Shown here: one piece after another, positions 48,577-58,483 of the stretch
How positions within the stretch are numbered: the first letter of the stretch is position 1
Layout: each line of letters begins with the position of its first letter
Assembly (NCBI GenBank): GCA_043798935.1
Contig: JAZDOC010000006.1
Coordinates: forward strand, 24,996 to 88,995
From: Patescibacteria group bacterium
GTDB lineage: Bacteria; Patescibacteriota; Patescibacteriia; UBA9570; JAHJKD01
Length of the DNA stretch: 64,000 bases
Direction of reading: 5' to 3'
Notes under the pieces: model-generated
What the model was told of the DNA's origin: nothing
Databases searched by the model: none
The model's input: only the letters and a program-made list of their open reading frames with translations
Program-made: the position numbers and the translations under genes

Positions 48577-49495
48577 TATAATATTTATTTCCGGGTCATT
48601 AGCGTTTGACAGGATTATGAATTTTCCTGGTTATTTTAAAGATAATATTTTGCCCGATAAAATTCATAATTTAAACGTTTCTTTTAATATTGATAAATTA
48701 GAAGAAAGGTATGGCGGAACAGCCGGTAATATTGCTTATAATTTATCGCTCTTAAGCTTGAAATCGATTATTATCGGTTCGGTCGGAAAAGATTTCGATA
48801 AATATAAAAAATATTTAGAGGAAAAAAATATTGATGTTAGTGGTATTAAAATAGCAGAAAATGATTTTACGGCCGCGGCCTACATTATTACCGATAAAGC
48901 TAATAATCAAATTACCGGTTTTCATATGGGTGCGATGGCGATTGATACTGACTATGAAATTAAAGACGGGGATTTACTGATCATTTCTCCGGGAAATATT
49001 CATGATATGCTAAGGTATCAGGATCAAGCGCAGAAAATAAATATGCCTTATATTTTTGATCCGGGGCAAACTTTGCCGTTTTTTCAACCCGAGGAATTAA
49101 AAGCCTTAGTGCGCGGCGCCAAAGTATTAATAACTAACGATTATGAGTTAGATTTAGTTATTAAAAAAACCGGATATACTAAAGAGCAGATTTTAGAAAT
49201 TGTTGAAATATTAGTAACTACTAAAGGTGAAAATGGTTCGACAATTCAGAAAAAAAATGTTACAATAAACATTCCGTGCGCTAAAACCGAGCATGTTTTA
49301 GACCCAACCGGAGCCGGAGATGCCTATCGCGCTGGTTTTATTTATGGATTACTGAATAATCAAGAACTTGAAATTTGCGGTCAATTAGGCGCTGTTTCAG
49401 CAGTTTATGCAGTTGAAAAATACGGCACGCAAGAGCATGAATATAATATGGCAGAGCTTAATGAAAGATATAAAAAGAATTTAATAAAGAAATAA
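48566..49495 (+). CDS. PfkB family kinase, adenosine/nucleoside kinase type
   Basis: SGSLAFDRIM, GGTAGNIAY, NQITGF, FDPGQ, DPTGAGDAYRAG; adjacent to ahcY. Confidence 0.82.
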   Translation: MKNNIIFISGSLAFDRIMNFPGYFKDNILPDKIHNLNVSFNIDKLEERYGGTAGNIAYNLSLLSLKSIIIGSVGKDFDKYKKYLEEKNIDVSGIKIAENDFTAAAYIITDKANNQITGFHMGAMAIDTDYEIKDGDLLIISPGNIHDMLRYQDQAQKINMPYIFDPGQTLPFFQPEELKALVRGAKVLITNDYELDLVIKKTGYTKEQILEIVEILVTTKGENGSTIQKKNVTINIPCAKTEHVLDPTGAGDAYRAGFIYGLLNNQELEICGQLGAVSAVYAVEKYGTQEHEYNMAELNERYKKNLIKK

Positions 49496-49512
49496 ATTTT
49501 TAATTTTTTGTT

Positions 49513-49574
49513 CCTTGAATAAATTCAGGTTTAAAAAATCAATGTAAATATAGAGGCCCTGAATTTATTCAGGG
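49513..49574. repeat. Inverted pair of palindromic 17-mers (REP-doublet-like)
   Basis: CCTTGAATAAATTCAGG (49513-49529) versus CCTGAATTTATTCAGGG (49558-49574): 16 of 17 complementary; each arm also folds on itself. Confidence 0.75.
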
Positions 49575-49590
49575 TGTCAAAAAATAATAA

Positions 49591-50859
<1,269 letters not shown>

Positions 50860-50871
50860 TTAAAAATAAAC

Positions 50872-51552
50872 ATGGCAGTTTATCATGATAGAGATCCAAG
50901 AGAAAAATTACCGCCGCTAATTCAAGTGGAAGAGTATTTAACTGATCCCGGATTAATTAGTTTTATTAACGAGCAGGTCGACGCCTATATTCAAGATTTA
51001 GAACAAATTAATGGTGTTACACAAGGACTGCAACAAGAAAAACGATTAACTCCTCAAGCGCAAGAAGCTCTACAGCAACAAAAAAAAGATACCCTTAAAA
51101 AAATTGAGGCTGTTCGGTTGATGGCACAAACCAGGGCAGTTGCTAGTCATTTTAAAATCAATAATCAAGCAGCTATATTATTAATTGAACAAATAAATAA
51201 TAATAGAAAGCTGAGATTGATAGCAGAGCGTCGGCCCACAGTACCAAGAACACTGCAAAGAGAGCTAACGCTTGAAAGAACGAAGCGCAAGCCTAAAATT
51301 TTAGAAATATTAGAAAGCAAGTCGAGCGTGGCAGAAGTACGTGAATTTATTGAATATCTTCATAGAGAAAAAGATAATAAAGAAATAGTTTTAGATGCTA
51401 GTCAATCGCAGTTCGCTTATGAAATAGTAAATAACAGCCGAGACAGAGGACCAATTGTTTTTCTTCGCGATGCTGGTAATAGACGCAATGTTGTAAGTTT
51501 AACACCTCAGTTTAAAAAAGTTGTTCTTGAAATAGTTGCTTATTATAAATAA
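50872..51552 (+). CDS. Hypothetical protein with coiled-coil-like Q/E-rich region
   Basis: 226-codon ORF filling the ahcY-rmlC gap; no family recognised. Confidence 0.6.
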   Translation: MAVYHDRDPREKLPPLIQVEEYLTDPGLISFINEQVDAYIQDLEQINGVTQGLQQEKRLTPQAQEALQQQKKDTLKKIEAVRLMAQTRAVASHFKINNQAAILLIEQINNNRKLRLIAERRPTVPRTLQRELTLERTKRKPKILEILESKSSVAEVREFIEYLHREKDNKEIVLDASQSQFAYEIVNNSRDRGPIVFLRDAGNRRNVVSLTPQFKKVVLEIVAYYK

Positions 51553-51556
51553 TTAA

Positions 51557-51635
51557 ATGATTTAGACAAGCTAAATCATAACATTAGTATGAATATAAAA
51601 TGTTATGACACAGCTTGCCTTGGTCAGAATAAAAA
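51557..51635 (+). ncRNA. Candidate structured 5' leader element, copy 2
   Basis: ATGATTTAG-ACAAG-CTAAATCAT hairpin, then GTTATGACACAGCTTGCCTTGGTCAGAATAAAAA (51602-51635). Confidence 0.55.
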
Positions 51636-51639
51636 AAAT

Positions 51640-52101
51640 ATGATTAACGGTGTAAAAATTAAAGAAATAAAAACGCATGCCCACGGGCGGGGAAATTTTC
51701 AGGAAATTCTTCGTGACGATGATAATCTTTTAGAGAAATTTGGGCAATGTTCAATTACTGTCACTTATCCGGGCGTGATTAAAGCTTTTCATTGGCACAA
51801 AAAGCAAGATGATTTATGGTATGCGGTCAGTGGAAATGCCAGAGTGGTGCTTCATGATTTGCGAAAAGAATCAGAAACCTATGGTCAAACCCAAGAAATA
51901 TATATGGGTGAAAACAGTAATAATTCAAGAATAGTGCTTATTCCTAAAGGTGTAGCCCACGGGTATCAGGTTTTAGGAAACAGTAATTTTACTTTAATGT
52001 ATTTTACAACATTGTCTTACGACCCAAAAAATCCAGATGAAGAAAGAATCTCTTATGATGATAAAAATATTAATTTTGATTGGACTATTAAACACGAATA
52101 A
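51640..52101 (+). CDS. rmlC: dTDP-4-dehydrorhamnose 3,5-epimerase family (short, SpsL-like)
   Basis: MINGVKIK, RGNFQE, PGVIKAFHWH, DLRKES, IPKGVAHGY. Start ATG 51640 preferred to 51589. Confidence 0.85.
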   Translation: MINGVKIKEIKTHAHGRGNFQEILRDDDNLLEKFGQCSITVTYPGVIKAFHWHKKQDDLWYAVSGNARVVLHDLRKESETYGQTQEIYMGENSNNSRIVLIPKGVAHGYQVLGNSNFTLMYFTTLSYDPKNPDEERISYDDKNINFDWTIKHE

Positions 52102-52103
52102 TT

Positions 52104-53105
52104 ATGAAGCTATTAGTTACCGGCGGGGCTGGATTCATTGGATCAAATTTTATTCTTCAATATTTAAAAAATAATCCTGCAGATGAAATTGTTAATTTAG
52201 ATAAATTAACTTACGCAGGCAATTTAGAAAATTTAAAGTCTGTAGAAAAGAACAGCCATTACAAGTTTGTGAAAGCAGACATTTGCAATTATCAGGTTAT
52301 TGAGCCATTAGTTGAAAATTGTGATATTGTAGTTCACTTTGCGGCCGAATCACATGTGGATAGATCTATTTTAGGGCCGACTGAGTTCGTTCAAACAAAT
52401 GTCTTGGGAACACAAACCATTTTAGAAGCAGCGAGAAAATTTAATCGACGCTTTCATCATGTTTCAACCGACGAAGTTTTTGGTCAGTTGGAATTGAATA
52501 CTGATACAAAATTTAGCGAAACCACGGCGTATAACCCGTCCAGCCCGTACTCAGCGTCGAAAGCGGCTTCAGATCATTTAGTGCGCGCTTATTATGAAAC
52601 TTATAAACTGCCGATTACCATTTCTAACTGCACGAACAATTATGGCCCATTTCAATTTCCGGAAAAGTTAATACCATTATTCATTACAAATTTAATTGAA
52701 GGTAAAAAAGTACCGGTTTATGGTAATGGTTTAAATGTACGCGACTGGATTCATGTTGATGATCATAATCGAGGGGTGGAGCTGATTATTAAAAAAGGGG
52801 AAATTGGTCAAACTTATTGCTTGGGCGGAGAGTCGGAAAAGAGCAACTTAGAAATAACCAAAATTATTTTAAATGCTTTTAATAAAGGTGAAGAGAGTAT
52901 GGAATATGTTAAAGATCGTCCGGGGCACGATTTACGATACGCCATGGATATTTCTAAAATTAAAAAAGAATTAGGCTTTAATCTGGAAAAAACTTTCGAA
53001 CAGGGGATTAATGAAACCATTGAATGGTATAAAAATAATGAAGTGTGGTGGAAGAATGTTAAATCCGGCGAGTACAAAGAATATTATCAAAAACAATATC
53101 AATAA
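52104..53105 (+). CDS. rmlB: dTDP-glucose 4,6-dehydratase
   Basis: DKLTYAGN, FAAESHVDRSI, HVSTDEV, PSSPYSASKA, DRPGHDLRY. Confidence 0.96.
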   Translation: MKLLVTGGAGFIGSNFILQYLKNNPADEIVNLDKLTYAGNLENLKSVEKNSHYKFVKADICNYQVIEPLVENCDIVVHFAAESHVDRSILGPTEFVQTNVLGTQTILEAARKFNRRFHHVSTDEVFGQLELNTDTKFSETTAYNPSSPYSASKAASDHLVRAYYETYKLPITISNCTNNYGPFQFPEKLIPLFITNLIEGKKVPVYGNGLNVRDWIHVDDHNRGVELIIKKGEIGQTYCLGGESEKSNLEITKIILNAFNKGEESMEYVKDRPGHDLRYAMDISKIKKELGFNLEKTFEQGINETIEWYKNNEVWWKNVKSGEYKEYYQKQYQ

Positions 53106-53114
53106 TATAATTTT

Positions 53115-53549
53115 ATGACTAGTAATTATAAAATTAATTATCATTATCCCGAGACAAATGTCGGCGTGATTATGAATGACGACGGAATTTTAGAAATTCA
53201 TTATTCAGAAAACACTTATACAGAAGAAGAGAATGTGGCAGAAACAGTTTGGGTGCGAGATACGCTAGATAAAATTATTAGTGATTACCCGGATATTAAA
53301 ATTTATGCTTTAATGGATGTTACTTCGGCCGGCGACGCTGAGGAAATTAGTGATGAATCAATGAAAATTTACAGCAAGACAATGAATTATCCGCAAGTTA
53401 AAAATATTGCAATTTTCGGACAAACCAAATGGTTTGCTATGTTATTAAATATCATGGTTAAACTAAGTAAAACTTTCGGCAAAACAAAATTGTTTGATGA
53501 TAAAGAAAATGCAATAGCCTGGCTGAAAGAAAAAAAAGCAAAAAGATAA
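53115..53549 (+). CDS. Hypothetical protein, SpoIIAA/STAS-SEC14-like
   Basis: DDGILEI.., IYALMDVT, KNIAIFG, KLFDDKENAIAWLK end motif. Confidence 0.55.
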   Translation: MTSNYKINYHYPETNVGVIMNDDGILEIHYSENTYTEEENVAETVWVRDTLDKIISDYPDIKIYALMDVTSAGDAEEISDESMKIYSKTMNYPQVKNIAIFGQTKWFAMLLNIMVKLSKTFGKTKLFDDKENAIAWLKEKKAKR

Positions 53550-53574
53550 ATAAAATAGCAAAGGCAATAAATAG

Positions 53575-54408
53575 ATGGATAAAACTAAAATAATAATTAC
53601 CGGTGCCAATGGGATGCTAGGGCACGATTTACAAGAAAAATTTAAAGATTTTAATTTACTTTGTTTTGATAAAGATAATTTAGATATTACTAATTATAAA
53701 CAGGTAAGCGAAATTATTAGTCGGGAAAAACCACAGGTCGTTATTAATGCAGCCGCTTATACAGATGTGGATGGATGCGAAACCAATAAAGATTTGTGTA
53801 TGCAAATTAATGGTTATGGTGTCGGAAATTTAGCCCAGGCTTGTAAAGAAAATGATGTTATATTAGTGCATTACAGTACTGATTACATTTTTAATGGTCA
53901 AAATAAAGATGGCTACAGCGAAGATTATAATGAAATCGATCCAATTAGTGTTTATGGCCAAAGTAAAGCGCTGGGAGAAAAATTAATTAAAGAGAATTGT
54001 GATAAATATTATATTTTAAGAACTGCTTGGTTATATGGAAAAAACGGTAAGAATTTTGTTGATACCATGATAAAGCTAGGCCAAGAAAAAGATGAGCTTA
54101 AAGTTGTTGATGATCAGCATGGTAGCCCGACATTTTCGAAAGATTTAGCGCAGGAAACAAAAAAAATTATTGCCAACCTTAAACCTGATTTTGGTGTTTT
54201 TCATGTTACTAATTCCGGAAATTGTACTTGGTTTGAATTTGCTAAAGGAATTTTTAATATTAAAAATATTAAAATAAAATTAGAGCCTTGCACAAGCAAT
54301 GAATTTCCGCGACCAGCGCGCCGGCCAAAATATTCTATTTTACTTAATACCAAATTATCAGAATTAAGAACTTGGCAAGAAGCGCTGAAAGACTATCTCA
54401 AAGATTAA
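53575..54408 (+). CDS. rmlD: dTDP-4-dehydrorhamnose reductase
   Basis: TGANGMLG, NAAAYTDVD, YSTDYIF, YGQSK, DDQHGSPT, PARRPKYS. Confidence 0.95.
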   Translation: MDKTKIIITGANGMLGHDLQEKFKDFNLLCFDKDNLDITNYKQVSEIISREKPQVVINAAAYTDVDGCETNKDLCMQINGYGVGNLAQACKENDVILVHYSTDYIFNGQNKDGYSEDYNEIDPISVYGQSKALGEKLIKENCDKYYILRTAWLYGKNGKNFVDTMIKLGQEKDELKVVDDQHGSPTFSKDLAQETKKIIANLKPDFGVFHVTNSGNCTWFEFAKGIFNIKNIKIKLEPCTSNEFPRPARRPKYSILLNTKLSELRTWQEALKDYLKD

Positions 54409-55298
54409 TTCATTAAACTTAATTCCCAAAAATTATCGTCTGTTTCATAAAACAGGTTTTTTTGTTTTTTATTGGTTGTAAAATTATAAGCATTGTTAAT
54501 AGATACTAATTCATAAGTTTGGCGCAAATCGCGATTATCAAGCTCGATGGCTTTAACGGCGCTGTTTTCACTGTAAATTATATAATCATCAGATAGCCAG
54601 ACTGCTTCATTAATAGCCTCGCTCTGCCTGGTAATAAGCTCTTCTTGCATGGTGTCATAATAATATACCCAGATTTCCATGGGATTATAATAAAGAAGCA
54701 AATTATGTTTTTGGTTCCAAGCGAAATTCGTAACTGCGGAACCGAATTTCTTAACGCTCATAGCATCATTATTTAATTCAACGATATAAAGCATCCGGGT
54801 TTTTTCATCCAAAATAGTTAAAAGATTGCTGTATTTTTCATAATTTATTTTAGGTGATATATTCAGTTCGGTTAATACGCTCGCAATTTCCGCATCCATG
54901 TTTTCTTGCGGTGCCATGGCCGGATAATTATCTTTAGAAATTTTTTTCGGTTCAGCATTTTTTAATAAATTTAGCTCTTTAACAAAAGTTGTTTCCATGG
55001 ATAAAACATCTAATTTTTTCTCCCAGGAAAAATAACCATCGAAATTAATTTTTACACTGTATTCACCTGGGATCAGGTTATTTATAAGAACCGGTGTTTT
55101 TTTAGGATTAAAATCGCCGTTTACATAAAGACTGGCATTTTTAGGAATGGTCTCAATATACAGGCTTCCGGTTTTTACTACTTGCATTTTTTTTTTATTT
55201 ATTCGATATCCGGAGGCATATAGAAGTAACATCGGAATTAGGATGATGGTAAGAATAAAAATGAACCAAAAATATATATCACGATAAGCTTTTTTCAT
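54405..55298 (-). CDS. PEGA domain membrane protein
   Basis: TM helix, YASGYR, TGSLYIETIPKNASLYVNG..TP..LIPGEY..GYFSWEK. Confidence 0.8.
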   Translation of the reverse strand: MKKAYRDIYFWFIFILTIILIPMLLLYASGYRINKKKMQVVKTGSLYIETIPKNASLYVNGDFNPKKTPVLINNLIPGEYSVKINFDGYFSWEKKLDVLSMETTFVKELNLLKNAEPKKISKDNYPAMAPQENMDAEIASVLTELNISPKINYEKYSNLLTILDEKTRMLYIVELNNDAMSVKKFGSAVTNFAWNQKHNLLLYYNPMEIWVYYYDTMQEELITRQSEAINEAVWLSDDYIIYSENSAVKAIELDNRDLRQTYELVSINNAYNFTTNKKQKNLFYETDDNFWELSLMN

Positions 55299-55373
55299 AC
55301 TTTGACAAGAACGTTAATTATTATTAAACTACTAGATATATATAATAGCAGACAATTGAAAAATTTAAAAAAA

Positions 55374-56636
55374 ATGGAAAAACTAGTTATAAATGGCGGT
55401 AAAAAGCTACACGGCTCTATCAACGTAAAAGGTGCTAAAAATTGCGCTTTAAAGGTTATGGCCGCCTCTTTGCTAACAGATGGAGTTTTTAATATTAAAA
55501 ACGTGCCGGAAATTGAAGATGTTTTTAGATTGCAGGAAATACTTAAAGATTTGGGCTGTAAGGCTAAGCGACACAAAAAAGGGGAATGGTCATTTCAGGC
55601 CGATAATATTCATAAAATCGAACTAGATAAAAATTTAGTTCCAAAATTGCGTTCATCGGTATTACTAATTGGTCCTCTTTTAACTAGATTCAAAAAAGTA
55701 AAAATGCCTCATCCCGGAGGCTGTGCTATTGGTAAAAGGCCAATCGATATTTTTATCAGTGGTTTTAAAACATTAGGCGCTAAAGTAAAATGCGATGAAC
55801 AAGGTTATATTTTTGAAGCTAAACAATTAATCGGTGCCAAGCTAGCATTTCCTAAAATCAGCGTTACCGGTACCGAAACCATGATGATGGCCGCAGTTTT
55901 AGCTAAAGGTAAAACCACATTAATTAATTCAGCTTGTGAACCCGAAATTAAAGCTTTGGCTGATTTTTTAAATTCGCTGGGTGCAAAAATATCCGGAGCC
56001 GGTACGCCCACTATTGAAATTAACGGTGTGGAAAAAATTAGCGGTGGGTCTTTTACAGTAATTCCCGATCGCATTGAAGCTTTTTCTTTTTTAGCTTTAG
56101 CCGTAGCTACTAATAGCCATTTGGAAATAAAAAAATGTAACACCGAACATTTAACCATTCCATTGTTAGTTCTAAAAGAAATGGGAGTAAAAATGAAAAT
56201 CGGTAATGATAATATTAAAATTACGGATGCAAGTTGTTTGACGGCCGTGAATGTTACAACTCATGAATATCCAGGTTTTCCCACTGATTGCCAATCACCT
56301 CTAACTGTCGCCCTTACTCGGGCTAAAGGAGAGAGCTATGTTTCAGAAACAATTTTTGAAGACAGGTTTTTATATACAGATTTTTTGCGTCGCATGGGAG
56401 CCGATATTCAAATGATTAATCAACAAAAAATTTCAATCACGGGGCCATCCGTACTAACTGGTAAAAAAGTCGAAAGCCCGGATTTGCGCGCTGGTATTGC
56501 CATGGTAATCGCGGCGCTGATGGCTAACGGAAAGACCGAGATTGATAATATTTATCAAATCGATCGAGGATATGAAAATATCGATGCGCGTTTACGCCGA
56601 TTAGGTGCAGACATTAAACGAGAGAAATATATATGA
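55374..56636 (+). CDS. murA: UDP-N-acetylglucosamine 1-carboxyvinyltransferase
   Basis: GAKNCAL, PGGCAIGKRPID, PDRIEA, YPGFPTD, DLRAG, IDRGYE. Start ATG 55374; TTGACA-17-TAAACT at 55302-55330. Confidence 0.96.
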   Translation: MEKLVINGGKKLHGSINVKGAKNCALKVMAASLLTDGVFNIKNVPEIEDVFRLQEILKDLGCKAKRHKKGEWSFQADNIHKIELDKNLVPKLRSSVLLIGPLLTRFKKVKMPHPGGCAIGKRPIDIFISGFKTLGAKVKCDEQGYIFEAKQLIGAKLAFPKISVTGTETMMMAAVLAKGKTTLINSACEPEIKALADFLNSLGAKISGAGTPTIEINGVEKISGGSFTVIPDRIEAFSFLALAVATNSHLEIKKCNTEHLTIPLLVLKEMGVKMKIGNDNIKITDASCLTAVNVTTHEYPGFPTDCQSPLTVALTRAKGESYVSETIFEDRFLYTDFLRRMGADIQMINQQKISITGPSVLTGKKVESPDLRAGIAMVIAALMANGKTEIDNIYQIDRGYENIDARLRRLGADIKREKYI

Positions 56637-57922
56637 TGCCTTACTATACTCGGCCCAATATTTCTGTGGCTCGAAAAAAACCGCAAAATACTTTAATTGT
56701 TTCAACCGTATTGCTTTTTTTTGTTTTTGGTTTTTGGGGTGGATATTTTTTGGGTCATTTTGATCGCAGTCAAGATACGGCCGAAACAGCAATTAAGCAA
56801 GAGATTGTCCAACAAGCCGGCAAGCAAGATGTTTCCGAATCATTAGATTTTAATTTATTTTGGCAAGTATGGGATAATATTAAAAATAATTATGTTGACA
56901 ACAATATTGATGATAAAAATTTATTTTACGGGGCGCTTTCTGGTTTAGTATATAGTTTAAACGATCCATACTCTATTTTTTTTGATCCCGAAGAAGCCAA
57001 GGGTTTTGAAGATGCGGTTAGCGGTACATTCGAAGGAATCGGAGCGGAAATCGGTATTCGAGACGACCATATGGTAATAATTAGTCCGCTAGTGGGGTCT
57101 CCGGCCGAAACAGCCGGATTGCTACCACTAGATGCTATTTTAGCAATCGACGGCACTAGCACTACAAATATGAGCACAGAGCAAGCCGTAGAATTAATTA
57201 AAGGAGAAAAAGGCACAGACGTGGTTTTAACCATTAAGCATAAAAATGAAGAAAATTCACAAGATATTTCCATAACTCGCAATACTATTAAAATAGATAG
57301 CGTTACTTGGGAAATGCTAAATATAGATAGTGAAAAAATCGCTTATATAAATATTGTTAATTTTAATGATGAAACATCCACTAAGTTTAATGAAGCTATT
57401 AAAGAGACCTTGCTAACCCAACCAAAAGGAATTATTTTGGATTTACGCAGCAACCCCGGAGGCTTATTATCACAATCCATTGAAATAGCATCTCGCTTTA
57501 TTCCTGAAGGAGTGATTCTCAATGAAACCGAAAGAGATGGTTCTAAAAATACTTATAAAGCTATAGGTAATGCTTCTTTGACCGGAATCTCCACAGTAGT
57601 GCTTGTAAATAGCGGTAGTGCTTCGGCTTCGGAAATTGTTGCCGGAGCTTTGCAAGATTATAATATAGCTAAAATAGTGGGTGAGACTACTTTTGGCAAA
57701 GGGTCGGTTCAGAATTACATAAATTTTCAAGATGGATCCAGTTTAAAATTAACTGTTGCTAAATGGTTCACGCCGAATGGTACATCTATCGATAAACAAG
57801 GTATTACACCCGATGAGATTATTGAGCTTACCAAAGAAGATTATGATAACAATACTGATCCTCAACTTGATCGCGCCAAAGAGATAATTTTAAATAATGA
57901 ACTTGAAACAACTCAAGAATAA
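56633..57922 (+). CDS. ctpA: S41A carboxyl-terminal processing protease
   Basis: LNDPYS, PDZ FEGIG, LDLRSNPGG, SASASEIVAGALQD, TFGKGSVQ. Confidence 0.92.
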   Translation: MMPYYTRPNISVARKKPQNTLIVSTVLLFFVFGFWGGYFLGHFDRSQDTAETAIKQEIVQQAGKQDVSESLDFNLFWQVWDNIKNNYVDNNIDDKNLFYGALSGLVYSLNDPYSIFFDPEEAKGFEDAVSGTFEGIGAEIGIRDDHMVIISPLVGSPAETAGLLPLDAILAIDGTSTTNMSTEQAVELIKGEKGTDVVLTIKHKNEENSQDISITRNTIKIDSVTWEMLNIDSEKIAYINIVNFNDETSTKFNEAIKETLLTQPKGIILDLRSNPGGLLSQSIEIASRFIPEGVILNETERDGSKNTYKAIGNASLTGISTVVLVNSGSASASEIVAGALQDYNIAKIVGETTFGKGSVQNYINFQDGSSLKLTVAKWFTPNGTSIDKQGITPDEIIELTKEDYDNNTDPQLDRAKEIILNNELETTQE

Positions 57923-58037
57923 TATACTCATTTTGATCCGCGCAAAACTCGTGAATAACAAGGTTTTGAAGAAATATTTGATAAATTTACGATTATATAT
58001 TAAAATATTTGAATATAACTATTAATTAAAGAAAAAG

Positions 58038-58466
58038 ATGAAAGTCATAATTTTAAAGACAGGTGAAGTAAAAGACGTGGCCGATGGTTATGCCCGTAAT
58101 TATTTACTACCTAACAAATTAGCTGTAGTTGCAACAGCTAGTGAATTAAAGAAAACTGAAGAAAGAAAAAAGAAATATCTGGCTGATTTAGCCAAGAAAA
58201 AAGCTGAGGAGGAAAAAGTTATTGGTCAGTTAAAAGATATTTTAGTAAAAATTGAAGTTAATACCAATGACGAAGGCACGATGTTTGCGGCTTTAGCCGA
58301 TAAAGAAATTATTATCGCTTTAGAAAAACAGTATCAAATTAAACTTCCAACTGAATGGATAGAATTTAAAGAACCAATTAAGCAATTAGGAGATTTCGTG
58401 TTAAATGTAAAAACCGGTGCTGGCTTAAAAGCTAAATTAAAGATTCAGTTAAACAAAAAACAATAA
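58038..58466 (+). CDS. rplI: 50S ribosomal protein L9
   Basis: GEVKDVADGYARNYLLP, PIKQLG. Confidence 0.92.
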   Translation: MKVIILKTGEVKDVADGYARNYLLPNKLAVVATASELKKTEERKKKYLADLAKKKAEEEKVIGQLKDILVKIEVNTNDEGTMFAALADKEIIIALEKQYQIKLPTEWIEFKEPIKQLGDFVLNVKTGAGLKAKLKIQLNKKQ

Positions 58467-58483
58467 TATCTAATTAATTTAGT

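Noticed and set aside
51576-51608. Integron attC site (TCATAAC...GTTATGA) after an unrecognised ORF
   Set aside because: Span is about 33 nt, shorter than canonical attC sites; copy 1 lacks a matching complementary box; no integrase in the window.
51589-51639. N-terminal extension of RmlC from ATG 51589
   Set aside because: It translates the conserved non-coding element; the family-typical start is MINGVKIK at 51640, matching the 38-nt spacing of copy 1.
57897-58025. 42-codon ORF, or a tyrosine-recombinase remnant (TTQE*YTH in the ctpA frame)
   Set aside because: Too short, contains stops in the recombinase-like frame and no other catalytic motifs; likely chance.
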